Assembly (NCBI GenBank): GCA_965207115.1
Contig: CBDBLR010000003.1
Location: 122,674 to 186,673, forward strand
DNA length: 64,000 nucleotides
Reading direction: 5' to 3'
DNA from: Dehalococcoidia bacterium
GTDB taxonomy: Bacteria > Chloroflexota > Dehalococcoidia > UBA6926
A program made the translations under genes and the position numbers. Below the pieces are notes generated by a model, which was not told the origin of the DNA, did no database searches, and saw nothing but the letters and a program-made list of their open reading frames with translations. Positions 46,015 through 55,990 of the stretch are shown here, piece after piece (positions within the stretch are counted from its first letter, which is position 1; the number at the start of each line of letters is the position of its first letter).

Positions 46015-47295
46015 ATGCATGACCTAGATATTGTAGGGGACTTTTGGCTAGCACCTAAACCCGACCACAAGGTGGCAGGACGCCTTACGTTCAACACCTT
46101 GGACGGACTGGACCTCAACCTCATCGGTTCGCTTGACAACCCCAACGGATTTAGAGCACACCAGACTGGACCTATCGGCTCCCACAACGAGTCGGTGCGC
46201 ATTCTAGGTCAGACGAATAGAGGACCCATTACGCTGGGGGAGTGCCGGCTCAAGTCCGGGACGTACCACATGTTTGGCTCCTCTCATGTCCCACAAGAGA
46301 CATATCGTGCTAATTGGATTTGTCTCGGTACACATTTCAGCGAAGATCAGCCGCTTGTCTTCAGTGGCTTCAACATAAACATTCAACATCTGGAACACTG
46401 GTTAGGACTATCAGCACTCAGTATTGAGGTCGATTATCAAGAGACTTCGAAAGAGATTGAACAGATACGGATAGTTAATACTCCTTTAGATAATCCAGAG
46501 GTCGAATCGACGCTTGGAAGACTAGAACTGCTCTTTGAATCAGTACTTGCGGGTGACCATATTGCAGAGAGTACGATTAAACAGAACTGCTCAGTTCAAC
46601 TTAGCTTCACTGAGGACAAAAGTCTTGAAGACACTCTCAAATTATGCACTTCATTGCAAAGCCTGGTGACTATTGGAGTTGATACACCTGTATCTATCAA
46701 CCGTATCTCCTTGATCCGTACCGATGTAGAGCGAACTATAGATTTTGTAGCTCGGTTGATTAGTCCAGTTAACCAGCACACTAGTAAGCCTCCTGATCGA
46801 TATGACATGCTGTTTACCTATGAAGATATGGGTGGATTGGAAGCTGTCGCGAGATGGATTGGCGTGGCTGGGAAATATCAACTGGTGATTGCAGCGCTCC
46901 TGAGTCCCAAGTACAGGCCGCCCTTCTACACAGAACACCGTTTCTTTGATGCCTTTACAGCTGCCGAAACCTTCTGGCATATACGAAAGTCGGACAAACA
47001 CATCAATAGGCATAAGTTCAAGCAATTGGGCCTTATGGCGGGCGACGAGTTCAAGACCTTGGTGGGTGATGTCGGCCAATGGACCGAACGCATATGGGAT
47101 GCACGGAGAGATAGCGTGGTGCATCGCGGGTTAGATGAGGACAGACACTTTCCTATACACTTGTTTGCTGAATCTCTCTATTTTATGGTGATGTTGTGTC
47201 TACTAAAGGAGTCAGTCGTATCCAATGATGCATTGAGCAGAATTCAACAACACGAGAGGTTTCAAAGACTGGCTCGGGAACTGGAGAGATCATAG
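46015..47295 (+). CDS. ApeA-like HEPN-domain protein (putative antiphage RNase)
   Basis: G.FWL...VAGRLTF N-domain and C-terminal RDSVVH (Rx4H); low GC. Confidence 0.75.
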   Translation: MHDLDIVGDFWLAPKPDHKVAGRLTFNTLDGLDLNLIGSLDNPNGFRAHQTGPIGSHNESVRILGQTNRGPITLGECRLKSGTYHMFGSSHVPQETYRANWICLGTHFSEDQPLVFSGFNINIQHLEHWLGLSALSIEVDYQETSKEIEQIRIVNTPLDNPEVESTLGRLELLFESVLAGDHIAESTIKQNCSVQLSFTEDKSLEDTLKLCTSLQSLVTIGVDTPVSINRISLIRTDVERTIDFVARLISPVNQHTSKPPDRYDMLFTYEDMGGLEAVARWIGVAGKYQLVIAALLSPKYRPPFYTEHRFFDAFTAAETFWHIRKSDKHINRHKFKQLGLMAGDEFKTLVGDVGQWTERIWDARRDSVVHRGLDEDRHFPIHLFAESLYFMVMLCLLKESVVSNDALSRIQQHERFQRLARELERS

Positions 47296-47867
47296 TGGAT
47301 AATTGTTTGCTTGTTACGCTGGACGGTATCAGAATCGATGTAGCCGGTGTGCCGACAAAGAGTTTTGTCGAGAAACTGGATGGACCACTAAACGGAATCG
47401 TCTTTGCATTGGCATCTATCGTTAGAGATATCAGTGATGGTCACATGAATCAAGAGTTCAATTGGACGCACAATCCCGAGGGATTGCGACTTCGTCCGAG
47501 TGGTACCGGTCGTTTATTTGCTCGGTGGAGTTTTGAGCCATCTCCCAGCCTTCAAGCCATACCCAGATCCCATGTGAATTTGGCAATTGACAGACTATTG
47601 AAATTGGGGGAGGGAAGGGATTCTGCTTGGTCCGAATCTGTTTTGGAATACCTCTACGAAGTGTCAGGCTCGCTTCCTGACGGCGTTTTTCTGTTTTTGG
47701 GAGATTCTAAAAATCCTAAGAGGTTCACGGTCCTAGACCCCGATGACGGTTTGGAGTTACAGGAGGAGTTTTCCGCCAAACTACAAGCATCCGTGGAAGC
47801 GGTGGCTGGTGGCCAAACAACCCATGCCGTCGAGGAGGTCGCCCAAAGACAACGTCTTTCTTGGTGA
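47295..47867 (+). CDS. Hypothetical protein with antitoxin-like C-terminus
   Basis: DPDDGLELQEEF...EEVAQR..LSW tail; TGATG coupling to the RelE-like gene. Confidence 0.55.
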   Translation: MDNCLLVTLDGIRIDVAGVPTKSFVEKLDGPLNGIVFALASIVRDISDGHMNQEFNWTHNPEGLRLRPSGTGRLFARWSFEPSPSLQAIPRSHVNLAIDRLLKLGEGRDSAWSESVLEYLYEVSGSLPDGVFLFLGDSKNPKRFTVLDPDDGLELQEEFSAKLQASVEAVAGGQTTHAVEEVAQRQRLSW

Positions 47868-48133
47868 TGTACAAGGTTGAGTTTACGGATAGTGCGGAAG
47901 ATGATCTCTCTCGCCTGGACAGGACTATAGCACAGCGAGTGCTGGATAAGGTCAATTGGTTGGCTACCAATATGGAGTCGGTAAGCCACAAACCTCTGAC
48001 AGGTCATCCCGAGAGGGTTTTTAGGCTACGGATTGGTGACTATCGAGCAATATACAGCTATCATCGTGTGGATCGCAGAATAGTTATTCATTTCGTTAGA
48101 CATCGCAGCGACATTTACCGACGAACTAAGTGA
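47867..48133 (+). CDS. relE: RelE/ParE family toxin
   Basis: YKVEFT..A..DL..LD, KPLTG, FRLRIGDYRAIY, HRSDIYR. Confidence 0.9.
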   Translation: MYKVEFTDSAEDDLSRLDRTIAQRVLDKVNWLATNMESVSHKPLTGHPERVFRLRIGDYRAIYSYHRVDRRIVIHFVRHRSDIYRRTK

Positions 48134-48599
48134 TTCTGCGTCTTTTCGATTAGCACGATCCTATTGCCGACGCTCCGAAAACGTCACTGTTTTGAGGACC
48201 GTCACGTCAACAGTGCTATCCTTGCGCGCACCGCCATTCTTTTGACATTGGTCTGCCCAATGTTTCAACTCTGAGCCCACTTCGTCAATTCGTAGAAACG
48301 CCACTCCCAGCTACGGCGCTTCCAAGTCCAGGTCGGAACGTACCCGCAAGTCGAAGTGCTCACTGTTTTCATCCTGTAGAGGAGTGATCCGCCCCATTTC
48401 AGCTACGAAACCGCCCGAATTGCATTTTTGTGCAACTCACTTCATTTCTCTGTACACCCGAACGGCATCGCCAATGAGGGTATTTGACCCAGGTCTTATA
48501 GGGGCGCTCACGTGAGCGCCCTCGCGGGTAGTTATGCCCAGCGCCTCGACCGCTCAAACTGGAAGACACACACCTACGTCCAGACGCGGGATAAACGGG

Positions 48600-48791
48600 A
48601 TGAAAAGGGCCAACGGAAGGAAGCCATCGACGGACCAACGGGCGACGGCGTACTCCGCCGAGCAGCGGGAGACGGTGCGGCGCGGGCTGGGCATCCTCGC
48701 CCGGATGATCGCCCGCGCCCACCTTCGGCATCAGGCGTCCCGGCCCGGGGACGCACTCAAGCCGACAGCTGAAGACGAGGGCGGAGACTGA
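48600..48791 (+). CDS. Small protein, candidate recombination directionality factor
   Basis: Paralog of 32036-32260 in the same position upstream of an LSR. Confidence 0.65.
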   Translation: MKRANGRKPSTDQRATAYSAEQRETVRRGLGILARMIARAHLRHQASRPGDALKPTAEDEGGD

Positions 48792-49170
48792 CCTACCCGC
48801 ATTGTGGACTTCGACCCTTGAGGCCACCGAGTCCAGTAACCACCTCCGGCATTTTGTCCACTTCCCTAGCGGCGGGTGTCCATTCCCGTCTGACTCGCTC
48901 ACCGGCGTTTTGTCTACTCCCGTGGCTGAACCTGTCCGGTAGGGGTGGAAGGAGCACCGGAGTCAAATCGCTTACTCCTATGCGACAGGATGCCTCGCTT
49001 ACCCTGATTTCAGCTACGACACTGCCCAATGCCATCTTGTCTGCCTTGTCACGATTGCTGTACACGGGTAGAACACCGCCAGCGCCTCCTCGAATCACTC
49101 GCCTTCCAAGGAGGGACTGTGTGCGAGCCCTAGTTTGGCCGTAGCCGTCGCCAGGATGCCGGATTGCCTC

Positions 49171-49199
49171 TTGCATAGATTCCGTATCTGGAATATGAT
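49171..49199 (+). promoter_or_regulatory. higBA promoter with palindromic operator; probably leaderless
   Basis: TTGCAT-17-TATGAT, attcc-N6-ggaat in the spacer, and ATG 7 nt downstream with no RBS. Confidence 0.65.
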
Positions 49200-49205
49200 A
49201 CACCC

Positions 49206-49568
49206 ATGCTTTGGGAAGTCGAGTACACGGACGAATTCGGGGAGTGGTGGCAGGGACTCTCGGAGGGGCAGCAGGACGCAGTGGCCACCAGAGTCGAGTT
49301 GCTGATGGAGCACGGCCCCAACTTGCCGTACCCCTACTCCACGGACGTCAGAAGCTCGCGGCACGGCGTCCTGCGCGAGCTTCGAGCGCAGAGTGGCGGG
49401 AGGCCCATCCGGGTCTTCTACGCCTTCGACCCCAGGCGAACGTCAATCCTGCTCATCGGAGGCGACAAGACGGGCAACGACCGGTTCTACGAGGAGTACG
49501 TGCCGGTGGCCGACGTCCTCTATGACGAGCATCTGGAAGAGCTGAGAAAGGAGGGGCTGATCGAATGA
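49206..49568 (+). CDS. higB: HigB-like (RelE superfamily) toxin
   Basis: GPNLPYP...ELR.Q..GRPIRVFYAFDPRR..ILLIGGDK; toxin gene precedes the antitoxin. Confidence 0.88.
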   Translation: MLWEVEYTDEFGEWWQGLSEGQQDAVATRVELLMEHGPNLPYPYSTDVRSSRHGVLRELRAQSGGRPIRVFYAFDPRRTSILLIGGDKTGNDRFYEEYVPVADVLYDEHLEELRKEGLIE

Positions 49569-49909
49569 GTGGACGACATCCGTTCAGCAAGCTGACCAGG
49601 GACTTCACTCCGGAGCGCCGCCGACGCATCGACGAGATGAAGCGGGAGCTGCTCGCCGAGATGCCGCTGCACGAGCTTCGTCGGGCACGGGAGTTGACCC
49701 AGCGGGACATGGCGAAGCTGCTGAAGGTGAATCAGCCCGCCGTCTCCAAGATGGAGCAGCGGGCGGACGTGTACGTTTCCAGCCTGCGGTCCTACATCGA
49801 GGCCGTGGGCGGGAAGCTGAAGATAGTGGCCGAGTTTCCCGAAGGGGAGATCGCCATCACCAACTTCTCCGACGTTGGAGACGAGGGACTCACACCAACC
49901 GAGAGTTAG
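49565..49909 (+). CDS. higA: HigA-like XRE antitoxin
   Basis: LTQRDMAKLLKVNQPAVSKMEQRAD...LRSYIEAVGGKL. Confidence 0.88.
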   Translation: MSGRHPFSKLTRDFTPERRRRIDEMKRELLAEMPLHELRRARELTQRDMAKLLKVNQPAVSKMEQRADVYVSSLRSYIEAVGGKLKIVAEFPEGEIAITNFSDVGDEGLTPTES

Positions 49910-49924
49910 ACAGAGGAGGACAGC

Positions 49925-51538
49925 ATGAAGAAGGACCTACAGCCCCTCACGCCGGCTGCCCTCTACGCTCGGGTGTCCAGCGACCGGCAGGACGTGGACC
50001 TGTCCGTGGCCGCCCAGCTTCGGGCGCTCAAGGAATACGCGAAGGCCAACGGCTACTCCGTAGCCCGCGAGTACGTGGACGAGGCCGAGAGCGGTAGAGT
50101 GGCCGACCGGCCCCAGTTCCGGGAGATGATCGAGGAGGGCTCCAAGCCGAAGGCTCCCTTTGACGTCATTCTCGTCTGGAAGTTTTCGAGATTCACCCGC
50201 AAGCGGGAGCACGCCGTGGCTTTCAAATCCCAACTGCGGCGCAAGGGCATCCGGGTGGTGTCCATCACCGAGCAGGCCGAGGACAACGCCACCGGCAGGC
50301 TGCTTGAAGGAATCATTGAGAGCGTGGACGAATATTACAGCGAAAATCTTGCCCAAGAAGTCGTCCGGGGGATGAGGGAGGCGGCTTCGAGGGGCTTCTT
50401 CCTCGGCTCCAAGGCCCCCTTCGGCTACAGGAAGGTCAAGGTCAGCGACGGGGCGAAGGAGCGCCCCACCCTGGAGGTTGACCCGGCCACAGCTCCTTTA
50501 GTGAAGGAGATATTCGAGAAATCGCTCCAGGGCTACGGCCTAAAGGAGATATGCAAGGAGCTGAACGAGAGGGGCGTCACCAACCGGGGCAAGCGCTGGT
50601 ACAAGGGAGGACTCCACTACGTGCTGCGGAACGAAGCGTACACCGGCACAGCCGTGTGGGGTCTCAAGGGCAAGGGAGAGAAGGCCCAGGACCCGGTAAG
50701 GGTGGAGGGAGCGTGGCCGGCCCTGATATCGAGGGAGTTGTTCGAGGACGTACAGCAGGCGATGCGGGAGCGCGCCCCCAAGGTGCAGAGGCCCGCGAGA
50801 GTGGGAAGCCCCTATCTCCTGAGCGGTCTGCTCAAGTGCGGGGTCTGTGGCAGGCCCTATCGCGCCCAGGGAGCCAAGAGCGGCCAGTTCGCCTACTACA
50901 TCTGCGGGACCCTGTTCACCGAAGGCGCGGGGACGTGCAGCGCCCGCTACCTGAACGCCCCCAGGGTTGAAGACTTCATCGTCGCGAAAATCAGGGAGCG
51001 TATCCTGACCGAGGAGACCATCGTGGAGTTGGTGCAGCTGGTGGCCGAGGAGATAGACGCGATGGCGGAAGAGTTGTCGGGAAGGCTGGAGGTTGTCGAG
51101 GCGGAGCTTGAGGACGTGAAGAGGCGTCTTGGGAAGCTCTACGAGGCCATCGAGACCAGCGACCTGACGTTGGAGGTCCTGTCGCCCCGCATCATGTCCC
51201 TGCGGCATCGTGAGGAGCAACTGGAGGCTGCGCGGGAGGACGCCGAGCGCCAGCTTGAGCATCGCAGGGTTGCCCTTCCCGACGCAGAGGAGATAGTGGA
51301 GTACGTTGCGGACTTCCGAAACTTCCTGAAGGAGGGGACGATCCCCGAGCGCAAGGCGCTCATCCGCAACTTCGTGGAGGCCATTGAGGTCAATGGAGAT
51401 GAGGCCGTTCTGACGTACACGGTACCCATGCCGAGGGACGGGGTGAGGCGGGAATCGGCCTCGGTTCTTGATTTCGTCCAGTCCGGCCCGCCACACTCGC
51501 GATGTATGTGGCCCACGACAACGAGGCAGGCGTGCTGA
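49925..51538 (+). CDS. Large serine recombinase 2
   Basis: YARVSSDRQD and Zn ribbon CGVC...C...C; paralog of LSR1; RBS gaggagg. Confidence 0.95.
   Translation: MKKDLQPLTPAALYARVSSDRQDVDLSVAAQLRALKEYAKANGYSVAREYVDEAESGRVADRPQFREMIEEGSKPKAPFDVILVWKFSRFTRKREHAVAFKSQLRRKGIRVVSITEQAEDNATGRLLEGIIESVDEYYSENLAQEVVRGMREAASRGFFLGSKAPFGYRKVKVSDGAKERPTLEVDPATAPLVKEIFEKSLQGYGLKEICKELNERGVTNRGKRWYKGGLHYVLRNEAYTGTAVWGLKGKGEKAQDPVRVEGAWPALISRELFEDVQQAMRERAPKVQRPARVGSPYLLSGLLKCGVCGRPYRAQGAKSGQFAYYICGTLFTEGAGTCSARYLNAPRVEDFIVAKIRERILTEETIVELVQLVAEEIDAMAEELSGRLEVVEAELEDVKRRLGKLYEAIETSDLTLEVLSPRIMSLRHREEQLEAAREDAERQLEHRRVALPDAEEIVEYVADFRNFLKEGTIPERKALIRNFVEAIEVNGDEAVLTYTVPMPRDGVRRESASVLDFVQSGPPHSRCMWPTTTRQAC
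51463..51493 (+). other. Right att junction of element 2
   Basis: Arm ggttcttgatttcgtccagtccgg plus core gcccgcca. Confidence 0.8.
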
Positions 51539-52995
51539 AACACAGTGCAGGTTGGCTGAGCGTCAGTGTTGCGCTCCTGGTCATAGGTTTGGTGGGGTGC
51601 TCGGCTGAGCCGACTCCTTCGACATTGTCCACTCATACGCCCATTCCTACCGAAGCGCCGATGCCTACGGTTACACCCACGCCTACCGCCACTTCTATAC
51701 CAATCGCGACGCCCACGGCGATCGCCACTCCTATACCAACCGCGACACTCACGCCCGTGCCCACGGCTATGCCTCTCCCGCCCCGTGTAGTTGCCTTGGA
51801 GGAGTTACAGAACCTTATAGGTTCCTATCCAGAGAACCAACTTAGCCAGGATACTGATCATGTCTATGTGCAAGAGCGAACAATAACCCTCCCCTTAGCC
51901 GGTGAAATGACCCTGCTGGTTATCCGCGAGACACCCGGGGCATCCTCCGCGATAGACACCATTGAAGCAAGCGTCCGTCAAACTGAAGACTTCATGAATG
52001 TCGCATTCCCGTTCGAGATATTCCCAGTCTTTATCTCGGACAATACAAGTTCATATTTCGCCCGCATATACGAGCGACGTCCACGCGCCGGATTCATTAC
52101 AATCTCGGGAGCAGACGAGCATCAGTTGTTCGTTATTGCACACGAGGTTGCTCACACTTACTGGCACACCCCACTCAGGGAGTGGCGGAAATCCCCCGCT
52201 ATAAATGGTGTTCGGTTGGGACCATTCGAGTGGATTTTTGAAGGGGCTGCAACATTCATGCAAAATCTTGCGGAAAACAGGTTACATGAATCCAATCTTG
52301 ATCCTAACCGCGCTGGCTGCGGTTATTTTCAAACTATAGAAGAGCTGGACCAGATAGTGTTTTCTGACCTCGATGAGGACTTTAGAGATAAAGTGTTTGG
52401 GTGCAACTACGGCATGGGAATGGACATGTTCAATGCCTTGTACCACCGGTTGGGGGACGAAGAGTTTCGAAGAGGCTTCGGAAATCTCTATCTTAAGATA
52501 AGCAATCTGGAGCACGAAGATCAGTGCACCGGCGTTGAGACGGGCATATGTTACGTCCGAAAAGCATTTGTTGAAGAGGCTTCTCCCGGGTTTGCCGAAT
52601 CCGCCGGTGAGGTGATTAATCAGTGGTACGAAGAAGATGGTTTACGGCCTCCCGGGTGGAGGGCAATCCGCGGTGTCGTGCTCAGGGCCGATGGCACATC
52701 CGGGCTTTCAGAAGGTGTCTGGATAGGCATCACGGCCTACGAGGTCGGTGCGTCGAATGAGACAGCGAGAAGCGACCGCTTCATTTGGGCCGATCAAGAA
52801 GGCTTTGACTTCAAAGTGTATGTGCCCGATGGGACGTACTCTCTTTCTGTTCTTAGTTCGACCGCAGGTAGAGAGATGATTTATGGATGGTACGACGGCG
52901 AAGGTGTCACGCTTGATCGTAATAAGGCGATCGAAATTGCAGTGGACGGCACAGACGTGGATGGCGTAGAGCTCAGGCTGCAAGACCTGCCTTGA
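51502..52995 (+). CDS. Lipoprotein with Pro/Thr linker and gluzincin-like metallopeptidase motif
   Basis: LVGC lipobox, PT-rich stretch, HEVAH...WIFEG; the true start may be GTG at 51532. Confidence 0.75.
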   Translation: MYVAHDNEAGVLKHSAGWLSVSVALLVIGLVGCSAEPTPSTLSTHTPIPTEAPMPTVTPTPTATSIPIATPTAIATPIPTATLTPVPTAMPLPPRVVALEELQNLIGSYPENQLSQDTDHVYVQERTITLPLAGEMTLLVIRETPGASSAIDTIEASVRQTEDFMNVAFPFEIFPVFISDNTSSYFARIYERRPRAGFITISGADEHQLFVIAHEVAHTYWHTPLREWRKSPAINGVRLGPFEWIFEGAATFMQNLAENRLHESNLDPNRAGCGYFQTIEELDQIVFSDLDEDFRDKVFGCNYGMGMDMFNALYHRLGDEEFRRGFGNLYLKISNLEHEDQCTGVETGICYVRKAFVEEASPGFAESAGEVINQWYEEDGLRPPGWRAIRGVVLRADGTSGLSEGVWIGITAYEVGASNETARSDRFIWADQEGFDFKVYVPDGTYSLSVLSSTAGREMIYGWYDGEGVTLDRNKAIEIAVDGTDVDGVELRLQDLP

Positions 52996-53028
52996 GGGTC
53001 GCGCCACTACTCCGGCTCCCGGCCAGGG

Positions 53029-54903
53029 CTATTGGGGTTTGAACCTATTTACTATTGGGAGGCGGCGGTCTTTTCCGAAGGCGCGTTCGGTTATTTTGAC
53101 GCCGGGGGCGGCCTGGCGGCGTTTGTATTCACTTATGTCTACTAGCGTTGTAACGCGGGCAACGACGTCTCTATCAAAGCCGAGTTTCTCGATCATGTCC
53201 TTTGGGGAGACATCGCGCTCCACGTAGGCCTCGAGTACGGGATCGAGCACGTCATAGGGGGGCAGGGAGTCCTCATCGAGCTGGTTCTCGCGGAGCTCGG
53301 CGGTGGGTGGGCGGTCGATGATGGCCTGCGGGATGATGTCGTGTCCTGCCTGTTCGTTTCGCCAGTTTGCTAGCTCGTACACAAGAGTCTTGGGGACATC
53401 CTTGATGACAGCAAAGCCGCCCGCCATGTCTCCGTAGAGGGTGGCGTAGCCGGTGGCGTATTCGCTCTTATTGCCCGTTGCGAGGACGATGCGGCCGAAC
53501 TTGTTTGAGATAGCCATGAGAATGTTGCCTCGGGCGCGGGCCTGCAGGTTTTCCTCGGCGACGCCTTCCTGCGTGCCCTCGAATAGAGAGGCCAGGCCGA
53601 CGCGGTAGGCGTTTGTCATATCTTCAATGGCGATGATCTCAAAGCTGATGCCGAATTTCTCACAGAGTGCACGGGCGTCCGTGACGCTCTGGTCTGCGGT
53701 GTAGCGGGAGGGCATGGAGAGACACAGGACGTTCTCCGGGCCAAGGGCATCGGCGGCGACGGCGGCGGTGAGGGCGGAATCGATGCCTCCGGAGAGGCCG
53801 ATGACGACCTGTGAGAAGCCGCTCTTTCGAACATAATCTTGCGTTCCCTTGACAAGAGCGTTATAGACCTCTTCGACGGGTCCCATGGGGGTGGTCATAG
53901 GGTCATCGTGCCGGGTCGCAGATAGGGAAATGCGGTTCGACCCCTGCTCTACATGCCTTGTGATGGGAATCACAGTGTAGTCTGCAAAATGTGCGTTTTG
54001 AGGGTCATCCGGGTCTACTACAGCGGTTTGGGACACAGTATCGGCTTCATGCAGTGGCAGGTCGGCGAGGACAAAATCGTCATCGAACTGTCGGCCTGTT
54101 GCGATGGTCTTGCCGCGCGGGTCGAAGATCATGCTCGCGCCATCGAATACCAGCTCGTCCTGGCCGCCGATCATGTTGACGTAGCAGAGGAAGATGCCGT
54201 TGTCAGCGGCGCGCTGGCTGAGCATGGCCTCACGGACGGCACGCTTGCCGCGGTAGTAGGGAGAGCCGTTGATGTTGATGATGACCTGAGCGCCGGCGGC
54301 TTTCTGGACGTTGGTGGGGCCGTGCTCGAACCAGATGTCTTCGCAGACGTTGACGCCGATGCGGGCGCCACCGATCTCATAGACGGGGGAGAGGTTGCCG
54401 GCGGTAAAGTAGCGCTCTTCATCGAAGACGCTGTAGTTGGGGAGGAAGATCTTGCGGTAGATGTCGATGAGCTTGCCGTCGTGGATGACCGTGGCGGCGT
54501 TATAGAGGGCGGCAGGAGAGGGTACTTGTGGCCGCCCGGCGGGCGGCATCCCCTCACCCTCGCCCTCCCCCACAAGCGGGGAGGGGATCTGGGCGCGTTC
54601 CGGGATGCCGACGACGACGGTGATGTTTGTGGAGGCTTTGACGATCTGCTTGAGGGCGTCGTCCGCGGCGTCGAGGAAGGAGTCCTTGTAGAGGAGGTCC
54701 TCGGGCGGGTAGCCGGTGACGCAGAGTTCCGGGAAGGCGACAAGGTCGGCCTGCGCTTCACGAGCGCGTTTGATGTGGTCGATGATGAGGCGGGTATTGC
54801 CCTGGATGTCGCCAACCGTGGGGTTCACCTGGGCGAGGGCGACGCGGAAGGTGGGCGTGGTTGCGCCCTCTTTGCTACCCTGTCTTTCTGTTTCGTGGGT
54901 CAT
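53029..54903 (-). CDS. nadE: Glutamine-dependent NAD+ synthetase
   Basis: Nitrilase domain (FPEL, K, CED) plus GLSGGIDS, ENLQARARG and TGNKSE. Confidence 0.95.
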   Translation of the reverse strand: MTHETERQGSKEGATTPTFRVALAQVNPTVGDIQGNTRLIIDHIKRAREAQADLVAFPELCVTGYPPEDLLYKDSFLDAADDALKQIVKASTNITVVVGIPERAQIPSPLVGEGEGEGMPPAGRPQVPSPAALYNAATVIHDGKLIDIYRKIFLPNYSVFDEERYFTAGNLSPVYEIGGARIGVNVCEDIWFEHGPTNVQKAAGAQVIININGSPYYRGKRAVREAMLSQRAADNGIFLCYVNMIGGQDELVFDGASMIFDPRGKTIATGRQFDDDFVLADLPLHEADTVSQTAVVDPDDPQNAHFADYTVIPITRHVEQGSNRISLSATRHDDPMTTPMGPVEEVYNALVKGTQDYVRKSGFSQVVIGLSGGIDSALTAAVAADALGPENVLCLSMPSRYTADQSVTDARALCEKFGISFEIIAIEDMTNAYRVGLASLFEGTQEGVAEENLQARARGNILMAISNKFGRIVLATGNKSEYATGYATLYGDMAGGFAVIKDVPKTLVYELANWRNEQAGHDIIPQAIIDRPPTAELRENQLDEDSLPPYDVLDPVLEAYVERDVSPKDMIEKLGFDRDVVARVTTLVDISEYKRRQAAPGVKITERAFGKDRRLPIVNRFKPQ

Positions 54904-55035
54904 GGGACAAGTATAGGGGCGGTAGGCAGTGCCTACAGCCAAGGTTCGCGATCAGGGTCTTTGGATTCTTCGGCTGCGCTCGGAATGACGCGAGGGCACC
55001 CCCTCCCTAGCCCTCCCCCATCAAGGGGGAGGGGA
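54551..55035. repeat. REP-like palindrome, two copies (54551-54587 inside nadE; 55001-55035 intergenic)
   Basis: ccctcaccctcgccctcccccacaagcggggagggga versus ccctccctagccctcccccatcaagggggagggga. Confidence 0.75.
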
Positions 55036-55144
55036 TTTTCCAGGTTCGCGATCTGAGTTGATTGGCCTTTTGTGGCGGCTCTGCGCGTTCCGGCGTCTGG
55101 TTGGGCAATGAGGCTCTAGATTCCTCGGCTGCGCTCGGAATGAC
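54964..55144 (+). repeat. Second REP-like family, two copies (54964-54989, 55119-55144)
   Basis: gattcYtcggctgcgctcggaatgac repeated; partial third copy near 55155. Confidence 0.8.
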
Positions 55145-55213
55145 ACATGGGGGCATTCGGAATGACAGGTGGAGGAATTATTGGGTTGGGCGCTGGTATT
55201 GCATACTTAATGT

Positions 55214-55987
55214 ATGGGTAGTATCGGCAAGGTCTGGCTGCTTCTCATTCTTCTTGTTGTCCCGGCGGTCATGGTTGGGGGGTGCTTTGCGCCGCGCGAG
55301 GGGACGTTGGAGCCGGTAGCCTCTGCGACGGTGACGGCACAGCCGACAGTGATTCCGTCGTCGGCAAGCGCAACACCGGAGGAGGATTCGTCGTCGGCAA
55401 GTCCAACACCGGACGAAGTTTTGCAGACGGTAACGCCTATTCCGCACGTTTCAGTTGTTCCGGACCCTGAAGGCTGGTGGACAGTGGCAGGATCGACCTG
55501 GAACGACACGTATGAGGTGACGCTGGAGATCTTCGGTTCGTCACGGATCACGTCGGAATCTACGTTGCGCGTTCGGACACGGCTGCGGAACGTGTCTGAT
55601 GATGAAAGCACGTATATCAGGTGGAGCCAATACGACCCGGCGGTCTCCACGTGGATTGTGTTGCCAAGCGGCGAGCCGCCCGCCGACCCCAATGTGAGGC
55701 AGGCTGTGCGCCTTATCCAGTTGTGGGCGGAGGACGATCCCACGCCATCCCTCAGTTCTTTCCCGGAGGTCCAGGTGGCCACGCTGGACGCGGGCGACGT
55801 TGTCGAGCGGGAGGCTCTGTGGGATCTGACTGTTCGCGGGGATTCTCCGGTTGGGCGCGCGCCCGCACCGGATGGGGTTTACAAGATTCGGGCTGATTTC
55901 TATCCGCGGGGCGGAGGGGAGCTTCCGGGGCTGCCGGATATTCTGTTGGAGTTTCCCATCACGTTGGAGCGAGGTATCGAGGGATAG
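55214..55987 (+). CDS. Hypothetical lipoprotein
   Basis: Hydrophobic N-terminus ending VGGC, S/T/P linker and beta-rich domain. Confidence 0.7.
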   Translation: MGSIGKVWLLLILLVVPAVMVGGCFAPREGTLEPVASATVTAQPTVIPSSASATPEEDSSSASPTPDEVLQTVTPIPHVSVVPDPEGWWTVAGSTWNDTYEVTLEIFGSSRITSESTLRVRTRLRNVSDDESTYIRWSQYDPAVSTWIVLPSGEPPADPNVRQAVRLIQLWAEDDPTPSLSSFPEVQVATLDAGDVVEREALWDLTVRGDSPVGRAPAPDGVYKIRADFYPRGGGELPGLPDILLEFPITLERGIEG

Positions 55988-55990
55988 CGG

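Larger units (their letters stand above)
34647..51489. mobile_element. Element 2: integrative mobilizable defence island (~16.8 kb)
   Basis: Bounded by att half-sites; carries an LSR, coupling protein and relaxase but no VirB4, VirB6 or pilin; lower-GC defence cargo. Confidence 0.82.

Noticed and set aside
48793-49203. 136-aa minus-strand ORF
   Set aside because: It starts within the higBA promoter region, and its similarity to 48348-48480 is at DNA level where the equivalent frame has stops.
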